A stretch of 57,213 nucleotides of DNA, filler included, from Bipalium vagum (taxonomy: Eukaryota), in NCBI GenBank assembly GCA_037834085.1. It is 3 parts of 3 records of this genome, joined end to end, with 100 filler letters (N's around TTAATTAATTAA, not from the genome) between each part and the next. Parts side by side here need not be neighbours in the genome. Positions count along the whole stretch, not along the records: positions 1 to 20,174 come from JBBMKC010258858.1; positions 20,275 to 38,417 come from JBBMKC010039137.1; 1 more part is not named here. One strand, written 5' to 3'. The position numbers were made by a program, and so were the translations under genes. The notes under the pieces are model-generated. The model was not told the DNA's origin. It made no database searches and was given only the letters and a program-made list of their open reading frames with translations. Shown piece by piece: positions 14,367-27,048 of this stretch. Numbering within the stretch: the stretch's first letter is position 1; each line of letters starts with the position of its first letter.

Positions 14367-14599
14367 GTAAGATATTATTAGATAAATGAAAGGCAAACAA
14401 GTTTGTTAGGCTTATCTCTTATGATATTAATTTGTTTATATGTACAACTTTTTTTTTCTAAATAAGGAAAAAATCTAAATAAATAAATATTATTTTTATG
14501 ATATTTAATTAAAGGTTTAAATAAAAAGGAAAGTCATTCTCGTCTCTTATTTTATAAGCACCGTGGATGATAAAATGTTTTTCAAAAATAGATGAAATC

Positions 14600-14880
14600 T
14601 AAAATTTGGAGCGAATATCCAGCATTTGTCAGTATAAAAAGTATAAAACTTTTACAGGACAAGAATAAAATGTGCTTGTAGAGGAATTTGAAATCAATGC
14701 CTTTGAAATCTTAGTTTCTAGATTGTTTCCTTCACTCAATGTTTGAAGGATCTTGAGAAATTCTTTCTTCAAATCTATTAATGGGAATCTCTTAATAAAA
14801 GGACCTTTAAAGAGTTTTCTGCTCCAAAAGTTGTGTCTTTTATGATACCAGCACAAGAAAAGTTATACTTAAATAGGATA
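14600..14880 (-). mobile_element. Possible gypsy RT/RNase H remnant
   Basis: Degraded coding-like segment with FYSCPVK..FILTNAG, resembling the RT-RNase H connection (F.L.TDAS). Confidence 0.3.
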
Positions 14881-17019
14881 AATGTTTTAAATCAAAAGGA
14901 TCTTATTTTAAGTATTTTCATTAAGCGTGTTTTGAAAACTAAGTTTGAAGCTTATAATATAAATATTTAATGTCTATTATTTAAGTAACATATACTTGTA
15001 CATGTATATATACATTATACATATTCAAGTATACATGACATGTATATATAACATGTTATTATTAATAGAATGATAACGCCAAATGTTGTTTTCCAGATTC
15101 CGTTTAGGTGTTTTTATATAAATAATTATCCTTGTTTAGACAGTTCAAACAAAATTGATTCTGGTGATATTAATCAAGCAATATGTCTCTCAACATGTCT
15201 GATAATTTATAGTGACATTATTTAATTTTATATATTTTTTAAAATTTTTGCTAAAATAACAAAAAATAATATTTTATAAAAATTCTGTAACAATATATCA
15301 CTGAACTGTAGTGATGACCTACCATACGCCATTAAAAGTATACTATAAACTATAAATATACTATAGTATTATTAAGGTATAACATATACTATATACTATA
15401 CATTTAAAGAAGAGATTATCTTCAATTCTGTATGATTTTAAAGGCTTACTATGCTATGAAACTGTTATTTGGAATGTGTATCACTCTTAATTATCCAAAT
15501 TGAACATGAGAAGATTATCGGATCACACTTAAAGTTGTCCACGTAAAATTTTTTTGGGCTTTAATAATATTTTATTGCAATCAAAATTCAATTTTGTCCA
15601 CAATTCTACTTTCTAAGACTATCAAAGTTTCTGTGATACACAAACTATCTCCTCTTAATTTACATATCAATATGTATATCAATAGCTTTGATCACTTAAG
15701 CTTATAAGATTATTTCAGTCTCTTAAATGAGGTAAGAGTCTCGTGTAGGGAACTTTACTTTCTTTAGTTAATTTGAGAGCCACTAAAGAGTAAAAATTAA
15801 ATTTGCATGAGATAATTTTTGGGCAATCTCATTTCCCAAATCAGCGAGCTGACTCCACCCCCTCGTTCGATTTTTATTAAATAAAATCAGATATTTATAG
15901 AACGTTCATATGAATTTTTAAAATTTTCCTTAACACTTCAGAAATATTTCAGTTACTTTATTCTTTATAATATGAAAATCAGAAAATATTATTAAAGATA
16001 ACATAAAGCAGTGAGAAATAAATAAATAATTCTCTTCAGCTATTCCGATCTATTTTCTTGTAATTCTTTTGATAATGATTATTTATAATGTTTATGAATT
16101 AAAATAAATTATAAAACGAAAATATATGAATATATTGTTATTATACTACGATTTTATTGAAAAATCTTGATAAGACTACTCGAATTTGATTAATGCCAGG
16201 GGAATATTGAAATTCACTCTAAAGAAGAGTTTACAGTTTTATTTTTTTCTTGTTTTTCTTTTTATCAATGTAACTATTTAAATAGACTCCTCTTATATTT
16301 AATTATTAAATTGTTAAATCTTCAAATATTATTTGATTATTACTTAAGGTTTTGTCGGTAATTCATTCAGTTATCGATTTGTATCTTCTTATCTTTTATT
16401 GGTTAATCCACCGATTCTTATATTTGGATAACTTAAGTACTCACGTTGAGTACGTCTAATGTCTGTCATGTTAACTGTATGTTTCTTTTGAAAATCTTTG
16501 TAATGAAAAGATCTATTTTGATTTAATGTTCACGTTTGCCGTTTGTTTTAAATTATAATTTTAATCTTCTGAAACAGTCAAATTTTTGAAATATATTTAA
16601 AATTTATAATTTTCTAATTCAAAATAATCAAAATGTTACCAAATATTTTCCAAATTAATGAAATTTTATTCAACGAAAAATGTACCACATTTTATTCAGA
16701 GCAACATATTAATATTCAAAAATGTCCATTCTCACAAAATAACAAAATAAGTAAACCTCAACGTTCTAGAAATAAAACTTTAATAATGTTTCTTTAAAAT
16801 GTTATTTATTAATAATGTGTCATTTCTTATTTTGAAGAATTACTTCATTATTCGAGAAATCAATATTTTCTTAATATTTATAAAAAATATTTTCTTTCAT
16901 GGAACATTAAATTTTCAAAAAGAAAGCGTGGAATTTATAAAATTTTACATGATGTATTATTTGAAATTAAATAACATTAGATTCCTCTAAGTGGTTTATC
17001 CAACTCTTCTTCTGCTGAA

Positions 17020-17560
17020 ATTTTTCTTCAGATTTTTGAATATCCCAAAATCACAGGAACTTAGGTCCGGACTGTAAGGTGGGTGTGGTAGCAATTCAAT
17101 ACCAAAACTACTAAAGTATTCAGACGTACGTTTAGCCCTATGTGATCAAGCATTATCATTCTCTTTAAACCTGATTTTGGATGTCTGTAGCAGATGGCTA
17201 CGATGACTTCAGAAACAACGTATGTTCGTATACCAATCATTTCTACATTTTCCAACTTGACTACTTTGACTATTCCTGTCGAACAGAAAAATATGGCGTA
17301 TATTATCTTTTTGGTATGTTTTTCAGCTTTCACCTTTTTTGGAATTGAGTTGTGCTCAAGGATTTACACTTTACAATTGAGCGTTAAAAGATTCTCATAA
17401 AAATATACCGAGATATTATCACCGGTTACCAATGGATTGCAAATGTTCGGACCTTCCAATTGGTATCAAAATTATCATTACAGGGTAAAAAACATTTACC
17501 TTAAGCTTTCAAAAGTGTTACCATTTTTGTATTTATCCATGTATATTTTCAAATTCACCA
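17020..17560 (-). mobile_element. Mariner transposase remnant
   Basis: KKIIYAIFFCSTGIVKVVKLE; LLPHPPYSPDLSSCDFGIFK in another frame. Confidence 0.75.
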
Positions 17561-17762
17561 AAATTTTCTGAAATATCAATCAGTCAATAGAACTGTGCGT
17601 TATTAATTATGCAACAAAAATTTAGCAAGTTTTTAAAAAAATAATGTTTTTTCAAGAATTTTTTCTGATTGAAAGTGTTTTTAATTTTAATAAAATTATG
17701 ATCTTTTTGAATTAATTTTCCTCAGCTTAAAATTTTCCTTAAATACTCTTTTATTATTTTAG

Positions 17763-17866
17763 GCACTGTTTCAAAAATGTGTACAAATAATTCAATGTGG
17801 TTCATCAAAGATGGTCACACATGGACAAATTATTCTGGGTGTCGATTGAGGGCTGATATTGCCTTT
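17763..17866 (+). CDS. Class B GPCR ectodomain, next exon
   Basis: TTTTAG/GTAAG-bounded 104-nt exon that splices in frame to 14366: GTVSKMCTNNSMWFIKDGHTWTNYSGCRLRADIAF (C....W...WTNYS.C signature). Confidence 0.92.
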
Positions 17867-19549
17867 GTAAGAACAGTTATTTTTATAAATCCCTTGTTTT
17901 ACTAAATGTTTACTTTAATAATATTAAAATTAATAATTAATATTATTAATATAAAAAATATTTTAGGTTCTTTATGTCATAATTATATGAATAAATTGCT
18001 TTCATAAAATGTATAAATGAAAATAATTTTAAATTTTAAAATTGTATTTATTTATTTCAAACATTTTTTTACTTTTATTGAAACAATTGATTTTAACTAT
18101 TGAATTTTTAAATATTTTTAATATTTATAGATATATCTAAAATGTAATTTTGAAATCGATAGTGTACTTTAATAATCTCTTTTATTATGGTTTTTCACTC
18201 TTTAAAACAAGAGATTTAACTTTTTACCATGGAATTAAAAGAGCTTGTGGATCACTGGCAAGAAATAATGACGAAGGAAAGAGAATATATAACTGAATAA
18301 TTTTGATAACTTTGTTATTAAATAACAAATGGATTCCAATAATGCTATACAAAAGAAAAGAAGTTATAAATGAATTGTTAAATGAAAAGATAATTAAAAT
18401 AAAACCAAACGAAGTCCTAAAATCAAACCCTTAAAGATCTTAGTCGCTATCTTAATTTATTTATTTTTAATTATTTATGCCTGATATTTTAAAGTTTTTG
18501 ACAGCTAATTATATTTTATTATTAATTAATTAAAATCAATTAAAAAATAAGTTAATAATAATAATATTATTATCATTCTTATCTCCGTATATAAAATATA
18601 AAACTTTGCAAATAATGCTCATTAATTAAAAAAACTAATGTAACAATAACTTCAGAATCAGGTTAAAATTTTGCAATATTATAAATAACTTAGAGCAATT
18701 GTTAAAAAAAATCATATGGTATCATTTTTGGTTTAAGTTTCATTCAGGAATATGCTTATGCCAGAAATAATTAATTTATACATTTCTTTAAAATTATAAT
18801 CAATCATTGGATTATTCTTGAAATTTTTTGTCAAAATTATTTCATTTTTCGGAGTAAATGATGGGATTATATACTCGAAGATGATACCAGCTCATCAAAT
18901 TAATTATTTAATATTTTTAATTACTTATTTTGTAGATTTTTATTATTTACACTTATGTAAAATCCATGAAAGTACTTAAAATTAATTGGTTAATTTTTTA
19001 ATTCCAAAACTTTGTTTTAGGAATATCTTTACAGCTTTAAAATATAAATGAACAAAAATAATTCATAAAAAAGAAATGTCATTGCTCAAAATGTTTCAGA
19101 CTCTTGAACCTATTAAAGTATCATCAATTTATGGTCCAAAACATTAAAAAGATAATTTTATGGAACATTATTATTAAGCATAGTATACAATAAATTAACT
19201 GTGCCTTTGTTTAAATTTGAAACGGTAAAACACGTTAATAGGTTTATAAGTGATTCAATATAAAACTAAAACAAAAATATAATAATTTTACTTTATTTCT
19301 TCATTTTTCATTTGTGAACCTAACATTTAAAATGATGTTATAAATAATTACCATTTTCACTGAAACATATTTCTGTGATAGCGTCAAAATTCATAAAATA
19401 TCTTCTTAGACAAAGTGGATTGTATTTAATTTACAACCTAATTTTTTCCAATCCAAAAAAATATTTTAATAATCAATATAAAAAACAACTTTTTTTAATA
19501 TGGAACAAAAAAATTTCCTCCTGATTGAATAGTAGACCGTGTAATAATA

Positions 19550-20050
19550 ACACTTAAATTTAGTCTCCAAGTCCATTTGGCCAGGTGAGACTTCAGTGAG
19601 TTCCATAGATTCCCCTCAAATATCTTGTCTTAATTTTTAAAGTTCTCCATATTGAATCAATTTGCTGGGTATTGACACTGGTCTCTTTGTTAACAAAGTC
19701 ATATGTTTGACTATGCGATGAATAAAATTTTTATCCTTAGTCAATAGGGTTTCCACTCATCACTGATATACATGATCTTTTTTTAACCACAGTTCTTATT
19801 TTTGAATATGCCACAAAAAAGATTTCTTCCAGATTGTATAGTCGCTCGTGTAATAATAACGCTTAAGATATACACAACACCAGGAAATTTCATTGTTCTT
19901 TTGTATTGATGGAGTTTGTATTTTCATCTCTTTTCCATAATCATGTTTCTTTCCTAACTCATTGATGACAAGGCTTTTGAACCATTTACATTTGATCAAG
20001 TCTTTTATCTAACCCAAGTGGGCTGAAAACTAAACATGATCCGACAAAGT
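19550..20050 (-). mobile_element. Merlin transposase remnant
   Basis: ISDEWKPY, FVNKETSVNTQQIDSIWRTLK, KWTWR on the minus strand. Confidence 0.65.
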
Positions 20051-20174
20051 CTATTTAAGTTTCTCATAAAAATATTAAACAAAAAATTATGAATATTTAA
20101 TAATATATAATAATAATAATAATAAGAATAATAATAATAATACATAATAATAATATATAATAATAATATATAAT

Positions 20175-20274
20175 NNNNNNNNNNNNNNNNNNNNNNNNNN
20201 NNNNNNNNNNNNNNNNNNTTAATTAATTAANNNNNNNNNNNNNNNNNNNNNNNNNNNNNNNNNNNNNNNNNNNN
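20175..20274. other. Scaffold gap with artificial linker
   Basis: 44 N + TTAATTAATTAA + 44 N, identical in design to 38418-38517. Confidence 0.97.
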
Positions 20275-20499
20275 TCATAAAATAAATATTTAATTTTTTA
20301 AAATATGTGTGAAAAAATATGGCCATATTTATATCATAATAATTTATTTAAGCAACCATATCTTTTTAATATATAATTAAAAATGCACAAAATTTTAAAA
20401 TAAACTTTTATAATTACATAGTTATTATGATTTGATTGAAATTTTAAGATATAAATGTTTAACTTTGCATTAATCTCAAAATTTTATTATGTGTGAAAA

Positions 20500-21650
20500 A
20501 ACCTGTCCACCACCTATCAATTCATGGATAACACTTTCTATAACTATTTAACTATTTTCTATCTTGACCAACGTTGATCTTTACGTTAATTGACCACCTC
20601 TTCTGTAAATAACTGTTGTTTGCACATCTCAGTTTTCACTATACTGTTAAATCTTAACATCTGTTGTTTCTGGCCAAAATTCTTACTCATTACGTTAATT
20701 CCTATTCCCGTATCCAATAGTATATCCAAATCCAAATCCTGCACTTTTACTTTCACACTTGGATGTTCTTGCATTCTGTCATTCGAAATAACTGTCTCTT
20801 CACTTTCTGCAATTGCATTCACTTGATCACAATCTTCAATCTCAATTCTTAAAAATCTGTAAAACTTTTTCTACCGTTCGCATCACTCCTTCATCAGTCT
20901 CAATCCTTTCGGAATAATCGTTTTCGATCTCTAGTTCATGGCTCCCATTAGCTGCATGTGGAGCCTTGTCTTTTGGGTACACCGATGCATTCTCACATTC
21001 TTCTCTTATGAAATCTCCTTCCGATATCACATCAATATTATAAGATGTCTGATTTTTTTAAACGACTAACATACTATTTTTCTTCTTGTTGGGCCATCGT
21101 TTCCTGCGTTACTAAACCTCTTGCAAAAACGGTATTCTCGTCTGATTTACAACAGATCGAATCTTATATTTTACTTTGGGTCTCCGTACATTCTAGTATC
21201 TACCATCCCTCGCTATATCTCTGTCGGTCCTTGTGGTATTCACCTAATCAAAATGTTTCAATACTTTCTAACTTTCTCAATTCGATCTCCTTCTCGATTT
21301 CTGAATCGATTATGCACCTAATTAACGCTTTTTTCAAAAGGCTTTCCTTTGTCATTTCATGTGACAAGACATCTTCCACCATTTTATGGACGTTCTCCAA
21401 AAACTTTTCCACACTATCGGCTCCTCTACGATAGTGGATTAACTTTTCGCAAACATCGGTCATATTTTTTTGTTTGAAAAAGGCAAATCGTAATCTTATA
21501 TCAAATCCACTACTTTTCCGGCTGTGCTTTCATACTTGTCTACTAAATCTAAGTCATCATTGGTAGAAACTGTTTTTTTTAATCGGAAGGACAATTTTCA
21601 AATTCTTTAGTCCTAAGCCTCAATTTCTTTCAAATTTTCGATTTTTCGGA
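20500..21650 (-). mobile_element. Gypsy-like gag-protease remnant
   Basis: Gag-like ORF pieces (21248-21463, 20842-21030) followed by VKVQDLDLDILLDTGIGINVMS, a retropepsin LDTG motif. Confidence 0.72.
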
Positions 21651-22359
21651 GCTTTCTTAAGCAATAGATAGCAGTCACTAGGGGATAGGTCGGGACTGCG
21701 GAGAGCATGTGAAAACTGTATGAACACTGTCCCTTTGAAAGCAGCTTGTGAATCAAGAGATTGGTGTAGTGGTCAAAAACCATTGACATGCAATATGTAC
21801 ATATTTTGTAGATAAGATTTTATTTCCTGAATAGTTTTTAATACTAAGCTTCCGTAGAAATCGCCATTTATCTATCTTCTCAGCAAAATCTGTTGACAAC
21901 TTCTGGAATTACAAAAGACGCTAAGGCCTTAATCTACCCTTCAAACTATTGAGTAGTCAATTCAACAGATAATTCCGGGGAAGTTCTTCTTTCAAAGCGA
22001 AAATTTGCAGATCAAGTATTACCCAATCTTTTCAACAGCAATCTGATGACAAAAGTATACCATTCACATATTTTATAAAAATACATTTTAATAGTAAAAT
22101 TAAAACTCAAATATAAATTACGAAATCTATCAACCTTAAATTACAATGTGAAAATCAAAAATATGATTAATAAATTTTAATTTCAAAATTAAAAGTACAT
22201 CGAATAGAGATTTTATTACTAAAACAGCGAAATAAAAATATCTTGGTAAATCTATTAATTGAATCGTTCCTTTTACTTTTTATAACTTAAATACCAAGAA
22301 TCACAATTACTAATTATTCAATAATAAGACTTTATTACAATCCATTAAGATATATTTAT

Positions 22360-22941
22360 TTATTCGGCTGCTTCAACAGTTTCGTGCTTCTTGATGCGTT
22401 CAGCTCTCTTTTCAGCAATTCGAGCCTCTTTTCGTAATCTGACTTCTTTCTTTTTAGCTCTCAAAGCTTCAGCCTGGTCGTTCAATTGTTTAGATCTGGC
22501 TTGATCAGACTTCTTGCGGTGGATATAATCAATCAAAACACGCTTGTTTTTGAACTGGTTACCCTTGCACATTTTGTATAATTTACGGTACAAATGGCAG
22601 TCGATTTTTTTGCCTTCTCTGTATTTTTTCAAAAGATTTCTTAAAACTCTCATTCTTCTGATCCACATGATTTTTACTGGCATTCTGGCATTGGCAGTAC
22701 CTTTCCTTTTACCAGGACCCATGTGTCTGCCTTCCCGTCTAGCCTCAAGTTTGACACGGCATCGATAACGTGAATGGACTTTCACTGGTTTTCTGATTAT
22801 CAAACCGTCTTTTAAAAGTTTTCGAATACTCTGACGTGAATTTGCGTTTGCAATTTCTGTGGTTTCATTAGGATCTAACCAGATTTTATTTTCACCACAA
22901 CCAACTACAGAGGCAGCCAAACGTTTCTGTAAACGTAACAT
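22360..22941 (-). CDS. RPL19: 60S ribosomal protein L19 (eL19), main coding exon
   Basis: Intact 193-aa [25 protein letters not shown]...[18 protein letters not shown]...[11 protein letters not shown]. Preceded by acceptor TTTTTTTAG|T-ATG; AATAAA at and after the stop. Confidence 0.97.
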   Translation of the reverse strand: MLRLQKRLAASVVGCGENKIWLDPNETTEIANANSRQSIRKLLKDGLIIRKPVKVHSRYRCRVKLEARREGRHMGPGKRKGTANARMPVKIMWIRRMRVLRNLLKKYREGKKIDCHLYRKLYKMCKGNQFKNKRVLIDYIHRKKSDQARSKQLNDQAEALRAKKKEVRLRKEARIAEKRAERIKKHETVEAAE

Positions 22942-23891
22942 ACTAAAAAAATAGTGAAATTAAATAACATATCTCTCTAAATTTTAAATAATTAAAACCT
23001 TAAGTTTAAAATTTTATTACAATGAATTTATTAAACAATTTAAACAAAATAGTTATTTTTATTTAAGTAAGATTATTAGAATTTTAAAATTATTTAATGA
23101 AACTATTAAAAGATCAAAATTGCAAGAATATCAAAAGTATATAAAATACAGTTAAATTTAAGAAATTAGAATAATATTAAGTGTATGGTTTATTTCTATT
23201 CAATAAATTTAATTTAATTTTAGTAATTATTTTTTATTAGTAATTTTAATCAAACTACTGTTTTCTGAAACTAATTTTTTTTCATTTAGTTGAACGTTTC
23301 AAATATTGTTTTTTGTATACGAACTACAATTTTTTCAATTTATTTAATGAAAAATCTTAAGCATGAATATAGAGGGTTTTTATACCCTGTTAGCAAATAA
23401 AATTATTTCTATTTAATGATGAATTAACTTTAAAATATTTTGTAATTATAACTAATAAGTGAAAAAACCTATCTTTATTGAATAAAAGTACGAAAATATT
23501 TTTTTAATTTACTTTGCTAACTTCATTTATTAAAATATTTGTCAAATTCTAGCCATTCAAATGGTTAAGATCATCAAGAATGATAGAACAATTACCTAAA
23601 TAACTGAGGTCTAAAAGTGTGAATAGTCTTTTTTCAAAAATAAATTTTGAAAAAAAATGGAAAATTAATAGTAATGGAAAATTAATAATAATTAATCTGC
23701 TATTGCCTACTAATTAAGTAATAAATTATTAATAATAATATAAATGAAACATTTAAAATTTATAACTGTAAAAAACAAGTAACAAGTAATAAGTAACAAA
23801 ACAAGTTGATATATTATTATTAATTTTCTTGAAATAAATGAAGACTCAGTTACTATCAAAAAATAAAAAAATACTTTTTTTTAAAAAAGTA

Positions 23892-23990
23892 CACTTGGGC
23901 GTCGTATAACACGGCATAAAATAATATAACACGGCATAACACGTATAAAATGCAGTGTTATACAATCCGTGTTATACAAGGTTAGAAATG
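23892..23990. mobile_element. 99-bp pogo/Tigger-like MITE
   Basis: TA-flanked CA...TG ends. GTATAACACGG and CCGTGTTATAC are inverted; ATAACAC is repeated internally in both orientations. Confidence 0.6.
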
Positions 23991-24113
23991 TATATTAAAT
24001 TCGTCTATTCAATCTAAAATGATCGAAGTGTGATAGTAAGATTTATTTATATTAAACTGTAAGTTTAATGACAAGAATGTTAATTGAAAAAACTTTATCA
24101 ATACAAATATGTA

Positions 24114-24875
24114 TTAGGTTGAAACATAAGTTCGTTAATTTTTTAATAATTTATTGGTCTAATATTTAAGCAAAAATAAAGACATTTATTTCCTAATAAA
24201 CAAAAAGATCAACTAATTACGTATTGTCCATCATTATTTACAATTTTTCCCAATTTGTTGATCCCGTTTTGCTAAAATTGCTCTGGTCTGGAATCAAAGT
24301 AATTCTCAAGCCAATTCTTTAGCCAGACCCGAACAGTATGGATGATCATTCAAAATTTCCCAACCGAGTTCCAGGATGGCCATCTTTGTGAGCTCTGCTG
24401 TTTGTGGTCGGGCGTTGTCGTGCTGCAAAATTACTGGTCATTGACAAATTGGTCGCTTCTCTTGGATAAGCTGGTTCAAGCGATGCGATTGATATAGGTA
24501 CAGTTGCAGGTTGATTGTGTGATTATGTGGTAGCATTTCAAAATAAATGAGGCCCTTCCAGTCTCACCACACTTGACACGTTGCTGGTTTTCTCCTACAT
24601 ATACATTGTTTTCTTTTTCGGTGATTTACATATAGACACCACTTCTTGTCTCCTGTGACAATCCGATAGAGAAATCTTGAATTTTGACCATAATTTGCTC
24701 TATGACACACAAGCAAATCGACCGTAATTGTGATGAGTTGATGTTTTTTTGACAACTCATGTAGTATCCACACTCCCATTGTTTGAACTTTGCCTATTGA
24801 TTTTAAGTGACTACAGATTGCCATTTGGTTGCATTTCATTTGAACGGCCAACTCATCCGTGTTTTATCGTTCATT
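24114..24875 (-). mobile_element. Mariner, 3' two-thirds
   Basis: GVWILHELS, RIVTGDKKWCLYVN, LQHDNARP. TIR TA+TTAGGTTGAAACATAAGTT. Confidence 0.85.
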
Positions 24876-24879
24876 GCAT

Positions 24880-25150
24880 GTAGTAAGAATTTATTACTCT
24901 TTTTTTCTGACTTGACGATTCAATTCATTAACTCTCCCGGATTCGAATACGGAGACTGTAGCTGATTCCATATTTGCAGAGTTCTGTCTATCTGTTTTTG
25001 ATTTAGATAACTCTGAAATAGTTTGGCAGTATGTTTTGGATCATTATTGAGTATAAGAAATCCATGATCAATAAGTTGCTTAGGAATGGTTTAAGACGGC
25101 AATTCTACCAAAAAAGATCAGTAGGCAGGAGTCTTCGTATTGCGGTATTC
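24880..25150 (-). mobile_element. Tc1 catalytic-domain fragment
   Basis: KQLIDHGF..NNDPKHTAKLFQSYLNQKQ...QSPYSNPGE. Confidence 0.7.
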
Positions 25151-25238
25151 ACAAAAATTTAAGTGTTACTATGATAGGTGAACGTGAATGTATGAAGAGG
25201 GTAAATATGTACATGTGGTATATATAAAGATATAAATA

Positions 25239-25717
25239 TTAGTGTGTGAATAAGTAATCGGAATCCGACAAAAGCTTTTACAGTTTTAAAATGCTTGGTA
25301 GTACATATATATTAAAATAAATATTCTTCTTTAAATATTCTTTAAATATTCTTCTTTAGTTAAACTAAGATGAAAAATTTTGAAATTTTTTGAAAATTTA
25401 CCGCTTTTATGGGAAGTTTTGTTAGGGTACTTTTTCTCCAAGAAGACTGCTGCTGAGAGTCACCATTTATTTTTGAAACATATAAGAAAGATCTTTTGTC
25501 AAAAACACAGTATTTTGAAAGGTTTTATCGGTTTAAAAATGATGATTTCAACATCAAGGACATGATAGTAAAGTTTAATGATAAAGAATTGAAGTCTTTG
25601 CGCAACCAAGATTCATGTGAAAAGCAAGATCAAATGTCAATATCATTGGGATTCGATCGTTCTACCGTGGCCAAGCGTTTACAAGTAATGATAATGATTC
25701 AGAAACTAAGAAGATAA
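25239..25717 (+). mobile_element. Mariner 5' fragment
   Basis: TIR TA+TTAGTGTGTGAATAAGT; KKTAAESH, RFKNDDFNIKD, KFNDKELKSL, DRSTVAKRL. Confidence 0.8.
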
Positions 25718-25774
25718 TATATAAAATATACTGAAAAAAGTAAGAGTAAATAAATAAGATCTTAAAGAAGGAAA

Positions 25775-26693
25775 TGCAAAAATAACAACAATCAGTAAAG
25801 TAATAAGTTGTATTTGTATCGCAATAACTAACACGAAATCACAATTATAACAATAACACAAAAATTATCAAACTCGATAGATGAATCACAACTTTTTCTA
25901 AAATGTTTCCAATGTTTTAAATAATAGTCAATCTAATCAATCAAACCGAAAGTTAATTAAAAATAAATAAATAATTAATAAACACAATTACTAAAAAACG
26001 ATAGTAATTAATAACTATCAATTAATTAGTAGTTAATAACAATAATAGTAAATCAATAATTTTAAAAGGAAAACAAGACAAAATAATCTTACGGGTTATC
26101 TTCGTTCAAGCTTCCCGGAGAATCATCTGAGCCTTTACAGTTGCTCAGAGATAGCCCTTTAGCGGGGAACTTAAACACAATCCCAGGCAAAATAACATAA
26201 TTGAGAAAAATACGTTTGAATTATCGTAAGTCTTTTGAATAGTCTCTTGATACGAATCTCTGAATCTCTTGGCACGAATTTTTTCTAAGTTTCAACCGAT
26301 GTCTAATCTTGTGATTGAGGGCAAAATTATGGAGAAATCCTTCTCATTTTATATTATTCTAGTCGAAGACTAACCAGTCTTAGAACAGTTTTATTAATGG
26401 GAAATATCAATTCCCTTTTTGAATCATTAATCCTAAATTAGTCTCTCCTTGCGGATCCTGATCTAATCTTGACAATGGCGAACCTAGATTGCCAAGATTA
26501 GATCCCTAAAAAAATAATTTATTGCCTTTTTTCTTTTTAATTAACTTTTGTACTTTTTAATTAGTTAAAATTATTATTTAATTATTATTTGTAGTATTAT
26601 TATTATTGTGATGATTATTATAATTCCTATTATTTTGTGCACAATTTCAAAATTCTCATATCTGAAAGATAGGTGTTTTGGGTAAACCCAACA
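25775..26693 (-). mobile_element. Solo LTR, family A (3' end truncated)
   Basis: Minus strand begins TGTTGGGTTTACCCAA. Colinear with 40005-41043 (AACAATCAGTAAAG, GC-rich module, GAGGG..TATA region). Confidence 0.75.
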
Positions 26694-27048
26694 TTATTAA
26701 TATTAATATTAATGATAAATACTCTGAATTTTTTCGAGTACTTGAATAAGTTTTCATTGTTTTTATTTTCTTTCTTTTTTTTACATTTTACACAGACGCT
26801 AGTTGGTAAATTGCTGAGGGCTTTGAGGCACTAAACTATGTTGGTGCCAAAAAATATTCTTTAACTTTGAATAATCCCATAAACTAACAAATTTTAAAAT
26901 TTCTAATTTTAAATAAATATTTTGAAATCAATTTTGCTTTTTAGTCAATTATTTGAATTTCTATTTGACGATTAAACCATCGTTTACATTTTTGCATTTT
27001 GCTTTGAGCTCTCACCAGTAATTTTTTCTGATCATAATAAACTTGTTA

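Noticed and set aside
20219-20230. Palindromic TTAATTAATTAA between N runs (also 38462-38473)
   Set aside because: Identical 44N-12-44N design twice, with stops in all six frames: an assembly linker. The ORF 38462-38689 that crosses it is spurious.
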